DNA from: Alphaproteobacteria bacterium
GTDB taxonomy: Bacteria > Pseudomonadota > Alphaproteobacteria > MPNO01
Assembly (NCBI GenBank): GCA_965248835.1
Contig: CBDFLJ010000001.1
Coordinates: forward strand, 832,001-896,000
Direction: 5' to 3'
Length of the DNA stretch: 64,000 nt
Below, piece by piece: positions 56,155-64,000 of this stretch (positions within the stretch are counted from its first letter, which is position 1; each line of letters begins with the position of its first letter). The notes below the pieces were generated by a model, which saw nothing but the letters and a program-made list of their open reading frames with translations, did no database searches and was not told the DNA's origin. A program made the position numbers and the translations under genes.

Positions 56155-56280
56155 CAACGCCCCTCGGCGCGCCGCTGCGGCGGACCGCCCGGCGCACGGC
56201 CTTGGCTTTGCGGCTGGAGGGATCGGCGATCGCTGCGATAGCGCCGGGATGGATGTCCCGGCCCGCGGGTGACGCCGCGC

Positions 56281-57918
56281 TCACCGCCCGATCGGCGGGT
56301 GGGTGAACGGCCAGGGCGACACCTCGCTTCCGGTCTCGATCGGAACCTCGATCAGGACCGGACCGTCCTCCTTGAAACCCTCCTCGAGGGCGGTCTGCAA
56401 CGCCGCCGGCGTCGATGCGCGCACCCCCTTGGCGCCGAAGCTCTCGGCCAGGGCGACGAAATCCGGGTTGCGGAGCTCGGCGCCGAGCAGACGACCCTCG
56501 AAGTTGGTCATCTGGTCGCGGCGCACGTTGCCGAAGCCGCTGTTGTTGAAGACGACGGTCACCAGGTTGATGCCGTACTGGACGGCCGTCGCCAGCTCCT
56601 GGACGCCGAACATGAAGCCGCCGTCGCCGGTGATCGAGACCACGCATTTGTCGGGGTTGGCGATCTTGACGCCGACCGCCGTCTGGAAGCCGTAGCCCAG
56701 GCTGTCCTGGTAGCCGCAGGTCACATATTGCCGCGGGCGGTAAACCGGGAAGCCGTAGCGCGCGGCAAACCCGGTCTGGGTGATCTCCTCGACGAAGAAC
56801 CCGTCGGGCGGCAGGGCGGTCCGGATCGCCTTGAGGAAACCGATCTGCGGCTGCACCACCGCGATCTTGTCCTGTGCCGTCGCCTTGTAGCCGAGAAACA
56901 CCTCAGCGCGGGACTCGCGCTTGTCGATGGTAGTCTCCAAAGCATCGATAAGGGCGGCGGTTCCGAGCTTGGCATCGGCGAGCACCCCGACATCGGGCGC
57001 GAGGCGGACGAACTCGGTGGGATCGATATCGATCCGGACGGTCTTCAAGCCCTCCGGCGACCAGCGCCAGCGGAAATGGATGAGCTCGAGCCGGCTGCCG
57101 ATGCCGATCACCAGGTCGCATTGGGGCCAGTACTCGTAGGCCGCCACGGAGAGCAGCCCATAAGGGCTGTCATTGCCGACCACGCCCTTGCCGCTGCGGA
57201 AGCTGGTCACCGGCGCCTGGATGAGCTGGGCGAGCGCGGCGACCTCGTCGGGCGCATGCTGGGCGCCGGCACCGACCACGATCATCGGGTTCCTGGCCTC
57301 CCGGATCAGCTTCGCAGCGTCGGTGATCCGGTCGGTGTCCGGCGCAGGCGGCGCGGGGATTGTCCGGTCGACCGCGAGATCGACCTGGGCGGCCTGGCCG
57401 AACACGTCCCAGGGCGCCTCGATGGCCGCCGGCCGGATCCGGCCGGTATGCATGCTGCGGAACGCTTCGGCGACCAGGCGGGGCGCTTCGGTGGCATGAT
57501 TGATGCGCTCGGCCCAGCCGGTGAAACCGCGCAGCGTTGCCAACTGATCGGGCAGTTCGTGCAACTGTCCCCGCCCGCGCCCGATCAGGTCCGCCATGAT
57601 GTTGCCGGTCACGCACAGGACCGGTGCATTGGCGCCATAAGCAACGCTGAGCGCAGACGAAGAGTTCAGCACGCCGGGTCCGGGCACCACCGTGTAGACA
57701 CCAGTCCGGCCGGTCGACTTGGCGTAACCGAACGCCATGTGCGCCGCGCCCTGCTCGTGGCGCGTGGTGATGAAGTCGATGTGATCGCTTTCGCGGGCCA
57801 GCGCATCGTTGAAGTGGTACATGTGCGCGCCGGGGATTCCGAACACCGTGTCGACGCCGTGCAGGACGAGGGATTTGGCGATCGCCTCGCCGGTGGTCAG
57901 TCTGGCAAGGGTGTTCAC
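56281..57918 (-). CDS. Thiamine diphosphate-dependent enzyme (acetolactate synthase-like family)
   Basis: VFGIPG, RHEQGAAHMAFGYA, PGPG, GDGGFMF...VFNN; GTG start at 57918 after a G/A-rich RBS. Confidence 0.88.
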   Translation of the reverse strand: MNTLARLTTGEAIAKSLVLHGVDTVFGIPGAHMYHFNDALARESDHIDFITTRHEQGAAHMAFGYAKSTGRTGVYTVVPGPGVLNSSSALSVAYGANAPVLCVTGNIMADLIGRGRGQLHELPDQLATLRGFTGWAERINHATEAPRLVAEAFRSMHTGRIRPAAIEAPWDVFGQAAQVDLAVDRTIPAPPAPDTDRITDAAKLIREARNPMIVVGAGAQHAPDEVAALAQLIQAPVTSFRSGKGVVGNDSPYGLLSVAAYEYWPQCDLVIGIGSRLELIHFRWRWSPEGLKTVRIDIDPTEFVRLAPDVGVLADAKLGTAALIDALETTIDKRESRAEVFLGYKATAQDKIAVVQPQIGFLKAIRTALPPDGFFVEEITQTGFAARYGFPVYRPRQYVTCGYQDSLGYGFQTAVGVKIANPDKCVVSITGDGGFMFGVQELATAVQYGINLVTVVFNNSGFGNVRRDQMTNFEGRLLGAELRNPDFVALAESFGAKGVRASTPAALQTALEEGFKEDGPVLIEVPIETGSEVSPWPFTHPPIGR

Positions 57919-58092
57919 GGCTGGCTCCCCCTCATTGCGCATCGGCGACCGCTTCGGACGGTGACGATCCGCTCGACATGAAGACGCCCGCCGCCACGCG
58001 GTGTCATCATATCATCGGACAGACATTTGCCGCTCAGCCGCAGCGTGCGCCGGCGCCGACCGCGCCGCGCCAGGAGGCGCGAGCCGTCCTTT

Positions 58093-61000
58093 TTATGCCG
58101 TTCGGCGTTCGGTATTGCGAATGTTGAACAGGATCGCGTACAGCGCCGGCACGACTACCAGGGTCAGCAATGTCGCGAAGCTCAGACCGAACACCAGCAC
58201 GACCGCCATGGAGCGGAAGAACGCGTCGCCGAACAGCGGCAGGACGCCGAGCACCGTGGTCAGCGTGCCGACCGCCACCGGCCGCAGCCGGCTCGCGGCG
58301 GAATCGATAATGGCATCGTAGCGCGGTTTGCCGTCCCCGATCTCGAAATCCATCTGGTCGACCATGACGATGGCGTTCTTGATGAGTAGGCCGGACAGCG
58401 ACAGGAGCCCCAGCAGCGCCATGAACTCCAGTGCGGTGTCGGTGATCAAAAGACCCGGCACGACGCCGATCAACGCCAGCGGCACCACCAACCAGATGAC
58501 CAGCGGCTGCCGCAGGGCGTTGAACAGCACGATCACCACCAGCACCATCGCGAGAAACCCCATGGGCAACGCGCTCATCAGGTTCGCGTTGGCCTCGGCG
58601 CTGTCCCCTTGTTCGCCACCCCATTGCAAGCGGTACCCCTCGGGCAATTCCATGGCTTCGATGCGCGGCCGCAGCCGGGCAAGGGTTTCCGAAGCCCGCT
58701 CACCCGGCGCGGGGTCGCATTGGGCGTTGATGGTCCAGGTCCGGTCGACGCGCTTGAGCCGGCCGTCCTGCCAGATGGTTTCGAAGCCGTCGACGACCTC
58801 GACCAGCGGTGTCACGCCGCCCGAGGCGCGGTTCGCGATCGGAATGCCCGCAATGCCGGCGGCGTCACGGCGTTCGCGCTTCGGCGCGCGAGAAATGATG
58901 GGAAGGAGCGTCTCGCCCTCCCGGAACACGCCGATCTTTCGACCCGAAAAGTTGGTGTTCAGCGCGTTGGCGAGATCCTCGCGGGACACGCCCAGAAGTC
59001 GGCCGCGGACCTCCGCGTAACGCGGCTGGATGACCGCCACCGGCGCGCGCCAGTCGTCCCGGATGGCGATGGCCCCGCCGTCGGCGGCCATGATCGCTTT
59101 GGCCTGGTTGGCGAGTCGGCGCAGCACCGCCGGGTCGGAGCCTGAAAACTCAGCTTCGATCTTCGCACCGCCGCCGGGGCCGAGCTGGAACTGCCACACC
59201 GTCGCCCGGGCATCGGGGTAGTTCGCATCGATCATGCCCTGGATGCGCGGCACCAATCCGGCGATACGCGTATGATCGTCCACTTTCACCAGCAGTTGCC
59301 CATAGGAGGCGTTTTCGGGCTGCGGCCCATAGACCAGCATGTACCGGAGACCCCCGGCGCCGATCAGGGTCTGCACCGCCTCGACACCCTCGAGCGCCGC
59401 AACACGGCCCTCCAGGGAGATCATGTCGTCGCGGGTCCGGGCGATGTCCGTGCCCTCGGAGAGCCAGTAGTCGACCACGATCTGCGGCGTGGTGGAAGCG
59501 GGGAAGAACCCTTCCTTGACGTGGGAGAACCCGAAGATCGAGACGGCGAACAGACCGGCTGCCGCGGCGATAACCACCCATCGGCCAGCCAGCACCCATC
59601 TTATGAGCGTCTTGTAGCCGCGTTGGAAAGCGCTTTCGCGGCGGGGGCGGGACGGCCCCGTATCGTTGTCCGAGAACAGCAGGTCGGCCAACAACGGAAC
59701 CGCGGTGACCGCGAACAGCCAACTGAACAACAAGGAGATCAGCACCACCCAGAACAGATGGCCGGTGTATTCGGCGGCACTGCCGGACGACAGTCCGATG
59801 GGCGCAAAGGCGGCGATGCCGACGATGGTGCCGCCGAGCAGCGGCCACTTCGTGCGATCGACGATCTCCTTGGCGATGTCGAGCTTCTTCCGGCCCCGCC
59901 GGATGCCGGTCAGAATGCCGTCGATGACGACGATCGCGTTGTCCACCAGCATGCCCAGCGCAATGATGAGCGCGCCCAGGGAAATCCGGTGCATGGGAAT
60001 GTCGACGGCGTACATCGTCGCCAGGGTCGCGGCGATGGTGAGCAGCAACACCCCGCCGATCACGATTGCCGGGCGCGCGCCCATGAACAGGAACAGCGTG
60101 GCCAGCACGATCACCAGTGCGGCGATGACGTTGAGGACGAAGTCCCATACGGCTTCGTCCACCACCTTGCCTTGATGGTAAAACGCGTTCACCTCGATAC
60201 CGATGGGGCGCTGCGCCAGAGTCTCCTGGAGCTTCACATCGACCGCCGCGCCCATTTTCGCGACGTTCGCGCCGGTGACGGCGGCAACCCCCAGCGCGAT
60301 CGCCGGTCGGCCGCGATAGCGGATGAGCCTGCGCGGCGGTTCGGCATAGTCCCTCACCACCGTCGCGATGTCGCCGAGACGCACCAGCACGCCGGCGGAT
60401 GCCGGCGACACGATGACGTTCTCGATCGCGGCCACGGATTCGACATCCCCGGACGGCAGGATCGCCAACCGCCGGTCGCCGACGCGCACATCGCCGGCCG
60501 GCGCAACGGAATTCTGCGCCGCCAGATCGGCGTAAACGCGGTCCACCGAGACGCCGAGTGCGGAGGCGCGGTCCCGCGAGATCTCGATGTAAATGGCCTC
60601 GGTCTGTTCCCCGAGGATGGCGACCTTGCCGACATCGGCAACGGCGAGCAGGTCGGTGCGCAGCGATTTGGCGTATTGGTGAAGTTCCCGCGCAGAAAAC
60701 CCCTCTCCGGTGATCAGGTAATGCAGACCGTAGACGTCGCCGAACCCGTCGTTGACGACGGGTTCCAGCGCCCCCGGCGGCAGTTCTTTCCGTGCGTCGC
60801 GGATGCGGTTTCGCAGCTTGCCCCAGACCGCGTCGAGATCGGCCCGGCTGCGCGAAAACGCGTATTTGATGTCGACGTTGATGCTGGAAAGTCCGATCGA
60901 CGAGGTGGAGACAATCTCATCGACTTCCTGCAACTCCTGGATTGCCGTCTCGAGCGTCTCGGTGACCTCGTTGGCAACCTCCAGCGCGGTAGCACCGGGG

Positions 61001-61152
61001 TACGGGGTGACCACCACGGCGGTGCGAATGATGAACTCCGGATCCTCGAGCCGCGCCATGTTCAAGTAGGCGTGCCAGCCGCCAACCAAGACGCCGGCGA
61101 TGACGAGGGCGCCGATCAGCCGGTTGCGAATGGCGAGTTCCGCGAGGTTCAC
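58093..61152 (-). CDS. RND efflux permease (AcrB/AcrD/AcrF family)
   Basis: RLEDPEF, GMLVDNAIVV, GLLIKNAIV, RLRPV; GTG start at 61152 overlaps the MFP stop. Confidence 0.92.
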   Translation of the reverse strand: MNLAELAIRNRLIGALVIAGVLVGGWHAYLNMARLEDPEFIIRTAVVVTPYPGATALEVANEVTETLETAIQELQEVDEIVSTSSIGLSSINVDIKYAFSRSRADLDAVWGKLRNRIRDARKELPPGALEPVVNDGFGDVYGLHYLITGEGFSARELHQYAKSLRTDLLAVADVGKVAILGEQTEAIYIEISRDRASALGVSVDRVYADLAAQNSVAPAGDVRVGDRRLAILPSGDVESVAAIENVIVSPASAGVLVRLGDIATVVRDYAEPPRRLIRYRGRPAIALGVAAVTGANVAKMGAAVDVKLQETLAQRPIGIEVNAFYHQGKVVDEAVWDFVLNVIAALVIVLATLFLFMGARPAIVIGGVLLLTIAATLATMYAVDIPMHRISLGALIIALGMLVDNAIVVIDGILTGIRRGRKKLDIAKEIVDRTKWPLLGGTIVGIAAFAPIGLSSGSAAEYTGHLFWVVLISLLFSWLFAVTAVPLLADLLFSDNDTGPSRPRRESAFQRGYKTLIRWVLAGRWVVIAAAAGLFAVSIFGFSHVKEGFFPASTTPQIVVDYWLSEGTDIARTRDDMISLEGRVAALEGVEAVQTLIGAGGLRYMLVYGPQPENASYGQLLVKVDDHTRIAGLVPRIQGMIDANYPDARATVWQFQLGPGGGAKIEAEFSGSDPAVLRRLANQAKAIMAADGGAIAIRDDWRAPVAVIQPRYAEVRGRLLGVSREDLANALNTNFSGRKIGVFREGETLLPIISRAPKRERRDAAGIAGIPIANRASGGVTPLVEVVDGFETIWQDGRLKRVDRTWTINAQCDPAPGERASETLARLRPRIEAMELPEGYRLQWGGEQGDSAEANANLMSALPMGFLAMVLVVIVLFNALRQPLVIWLVVPLALIGVVPGLLITDTALEFMALLGLLSLSGLLIKNAIVMVDQMDFEIGDGKPRYDAIIDSAASRLRPVAVGTLTTVLGVLPLFGDAFFRSMAVVLVFGLSFATLLTLVVVPALYAILFNIRNTERRTA

Positions 61153-62225
61153 GGCTGGTAACGGCGAATCCGCATGCCTTCGTGCAGGAAGGAGCCCCCC
61201 GCCGCGACCACGGTTTCGCCCGCCGTCAGGCCGTCCATCACCGGCAGCGTTTTGCCGACGCCGACACCCAAGGTTACTGCCCGTTTCGACACCGTCATGG
61301 AATCGACATCCACCACCCATACGTAACGGGCATCGGCTTCGCTCAGGATGGCTTCAAGGGGTACGACGACCTGGGTTTCGCCGGCTAAGGCCAACGTCGT
61401 GCGCACGGCGCCGGTCATGCCCGGCAGGACGACCAGATCCTCCGGCGGCGTGAACGCAAAACGCGCCTCGAAAGTTTGCTGGACGGGGTCGGCCCGCGTT
61501 GCGACGGCGTGAAAGCGGGCGGGGATGGGCGTATCGGGAGCGGCATCGAGCACCGCCACCGTTTCCAGCGGCTCGATGCCGCCCGACCTCGCCATCAGGG
61601 TCGCCGGTATCTGGATTACGGCGTCCGCGGTTCCGATGGTTTGCAGCGTGACCACCACCTGCTGCGGCGTGACGTTCTGGAATGCCTCGATATGCACCGC
61701 CGCGACGATGCCCGCGAACGGAGAGCGCAGCACACTGTCGTCGAGTCGCTTACGCGCGGTCTTGAGGGCAGCGGCCGTGAGGTCGCGCTTGGTTTTTCTC
61801 TGGTCATGCGCCGCCCGCGAAATCGAGCCTTTGACAATCAGGAGCGCCGCGCGCTGGAATTCGCGTTCGGCGGCTTCATGGTTGGCTTGCGCCGTGGTCA
61901 GTTCGATCCGCAAATCGCGCTGGTCCAGGCGCGCGATCTCGGCGCCCTCCGCGACCCGTTCCCCTTCGCGCACCGCGATGGCCGACACCAGTCCCGGCAA
62001 TTGAAATCCGAGTTCGGCCGAAGCCGAAGCCTCGATGATTGCCGGCAGGCTGATCGTCCTTACGTTCTCTGCGGCCGCGATTGTGAAGAGCTTGGCAGGC
62101 CGGACCGGTGCCTTGGCCGGTTTCTCGGGTTCCTCGGAGCAGGCGGCCAATGCCAGCAACACCGCCGAGAGGCAACCAAGCCAGGTCCGCCAGCCAAGCA
62201 TGGACAGGTAATCCGTGATCCGCAT
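61149..62225 (-). CDS. RND periplasmic adaptor (MFP), probable lipoprotein
   Basis: Lipobox LALAAC, VREGERVAEG, LRSPFAG, LPGMTG, GLTAGETVVAAG; start uncertain (62225 or 62201). Confidence 0.88.
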   Translation of the reverse strand: MRITDYLSMLGWRTWLGCLSAVLLALAACSEEPEKPAKAPVRPAKLFTIAAAENVRTISLPAIIEASASAELGFQLPGLVSAIAVREGERVAEGAEIARLDQRDLRIELTTAQANHEAAEREFQRAALLIVKGSISRAAHDQRKTKRDLTAAALKTARKRLDDSVLRSPFAGIVAAVHIEAFQNVTPQQVVVTLQTIGTADAVIQIPATLMARSGGIEPLETVAVLDAAPDTPIPARFHAVATRADPVQQTFEARFAFTPPEDLVVLPGMTGAVRTTLALAGETQVVVPLEAILSEADARYVWVVDVDSMTVSKRAVTLGVGVGKTLPVMDGLTAGETVVAAGGSFLHEGMRIRRYQP

Positions 62226-62320
62226 GCCCTCCCTATACCGCACCTGCTCCCGTCGTTGTCCCTTCCGAGTCCGGTCTGCTGGAGCGAACACGCCGAACCG
62301 GTGAGGTGCGCCGTTTGTTA

Positions 62321-64000
62321 TCAGCACTGTTCCAAGGTGGTCAACAGGCGCGGCCCGGCGTCCGCAATCGCCCGCCAGACGGTCTCGGGCGCGGCCGGCA
62401 TCGCAAGCTCGTCTATGCCGAGGGGAGCCAGGGCGTCGAGGACGGCGCTGGTCACCGCCGGCAGCGCGCCGACCGTTCCGGCCTCGCCGGCGCCCTTGAC
62501 GCCGAGCGGGTTGGTCTCGGTCGGGACCGGGTTGGCCGCGACCTTGATCGCACAGATGTCGCTCGCCCGGGGCATGGCGTAGTCCATGAACGAGCCCGAG
62601 AGGTTCTGGCCCGACCCGGGATCGAAGACCACGCGCTCCATGACCGCCTGGCCCAGGCCCTGGGCGACGCCGCCGTGGATCTGGCCCTTCAGCAGGAGCG
62701 GGTTGAGCACGGTGCCGACATCATCGACGACGCTGTAATCGACCACCTCGACGGCACCGGTCTCGGGGTCGATCTCGACCTCGCAGACGTGGCAACCGTT
62801 GGGAAAATTCTCAACCTTCGAGACGTAGCCCGCGCCCATCTCGAAGCCGGGCTCGAAGCCCGGCGGCAGACGACGCGGCTGGTAGGCCGCCTCGGCAATG
62901 TCCTTGAACGCAACCGCGCGGTCGGTGCCGGCGATGCGGAAGGTTCCATCGGCCGGCTCGAGGTCGGCCTCGGCGGCCTCCAGAAGATGAGCGGCGATGG
63001 TCCGCGCCCGCGCATGCGCCTTCTCGGCCACGGCCAGGACGGCCGAGCCGCCCATGGTCGCCGAGCGTGAACCGCCGGTGCCGCCGCCGATTGCAAGCGC
63101 GTCGGAATCGCCTTCCTCGATGCGGATGTCCCCGGGCGCCAGACCCAGGGTCTGGCAGGCGATCTGCTTGTATATCGTCTCGTGGCCCTGGCCCTGGCTG
63201 ATCGTGCCGACCTTGATGGTTGCGGTTCCGGTGGGATCGAGCCTGAAAACCGCGCGCTCCTGGCTCGGCGCGCCGGCACGCTCGATGGTGTTGGAGACAC
63301 CCAGTCCGCGCAGCTTGCCGCGCGTCTTGGCCGCGGCGCGGCGGGATTCGAATCCGGCGTGTCCGGCGAGCGCGAGCGCGCCGTCGAGGTTGTCTTCGAA
63401 CCGGCCGCAATCGTACTTGAAGACCAGCCCGGTCTGGAACGGCATCGCGCTCTCGGGGATGGTGTTCTGGCGTCTGAGATCCACAGGGTCGCGGCCGATC
63501 CGGCGGGCCGCCGCGTCGATCAGCGCTTCGATGACGAAGGCTGCCTCGGGCCGGCCGGCGCCGCGATAGGGGCAGGTCGGGTTTGTGTTGGTGAAAACGC
63601 CCGTGGTCTCGACGTGAATCGCAGGCGTGAGGTAGGTGCCGGCCAGCGTGCCGAGATTCGCCGTCGCCGGGCCGCCGGCCGAGCTCGCGACATAGGCGCC
63701 GATATTGACCCGCGTGCGCACCCGCATCGCCAGGAAGTTGCCCGCCCCGTCGAGCGCCAGGGCGGCATCGGTGACGTTGTCGCGGCCCTGGTGGTCGCTG
63801 ATCAGCCCCTCGGAGCGCTCGCAGGTCCATTTGACCGGCCGGCCGAGGATCTCCGAGGCCCATTGCACGAGGATCTGTTCGGGGTACATCCCGCCGCGCA
63901 GCCCGAAGCTGCCGCCGACATCGCGGGCGACCACCCTGGTACGGGTCTCGGGCACGCCGAAGATTGCCTCCGCCATCGCCCGGCGGAGCTGGTGCGGGTA
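62321..64000 (-). CDS. Second xanthine dehydrogenase family Mo-binding large subunit (5' end beyond window)
   Basis: GGSFG, PYRGAGRPE, QGQGHET, GTGGSRS, GQIHGG, KGAGEAG; frame open to the window edge. Confidence 0.92.
   Translation of the reverse strand, partial: YPHQLRRAMAEAIFGVPETRTRVVARDVGGSFGLRGGMYPEQILVQWASEILGRPVKWTCERSEGLISDHQGRDNVTDAALALDGAGNFLAMRVRTRVNIGAYVASSAGGPATANLGTLAGTYLTPAIHVETTGVFTNTNPTCPYRGAGRPEAAFVIEALIDAAARRIGRDPVDLRRQNTIPESAMPFQTGLVFKYDCGRFEDNLDGALALAGHAGFESRRAAAKTRGKLRGLGVSNTIERAGAPSQERAVFRLDPTGTATIKVGTISQGQGHETIYKQIACQTLGLAPGDIRIEEGDSDALAIGGGTGGSRSATMGGSAVLAVAEKAHARARTIAAHLLEAAEADLEPADGTFRIAGTDRAVAFKDIAEAAYQPRRLPPGFEPGFEMGAGYVSKVENFPNGCHVCEVEIDPETGAVEVVDYSVVDDVGTVLNPLLLKGQIHGGVAQGLGQAVMERVVFDPGSGQNLSGSFMDYAMPRASDICAIKVAANPVPTETNPLGVKGAGEAGTVGALPAVTSAVLDALAPLGIDELAMPAAPETVWRAIADAGPRLLTTLEQC

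Noticed and set aside
1-64000. CRISPR arrays, tRNA/rRNA genes, anti-phage defence systems
   Set aside because: No regularly spaced repeats, cloverleaf or rRNA-like segments, or defence-domain motifs were seen by eye; nearly all sequence is accounted for by CDSs or remnants.

Overview
High-GC alphaproteobacterial (Rhodospirillales-like) chromosomal window. It opens with a conserved core block (hpt, zinc-ribbon/DUF3426, ftsEX, YdcF, PlsC-like acyltransferase, class II RNR nrdJ). The rest is a long accessory, mostly catabolic region: amidohydrolase, a LeuCD paralogue, PhyH/TauD/gentisate dioxygenases, TPP enzymes, three MetE-like Zn proteins, two orphan Mo-hydroxylase large subunits, TRAP/TAXI/MFS transporters and two RND pumps. 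It also holds recQ and a complete N-methylglutamate (methylamine utilisation) cluster, mgsABC-gmaS-mgdABCD. The most unusual coding feature is an RND periplasmic adaptor with a cleavable-looking signal peptide followed by a duplicated EF-hand pair (four Ca/lanthanide-type loops), which suggests a metal-sensing or metal-handling efflux system. The 45-56 kb stretch is a decay zone: an intact IS5-family element inside an already dead dioxygenase gene, remnants of IS3, IS1595 and ISNCY elements, two copies of a phage terminase fragment bracketing a TAXI transporter, and several gene fragments joined at apparent microhomologies. No rRNA, tRNA or CRISPR array was seen. All calls rest on motif recognition by eye; no database searches were run.
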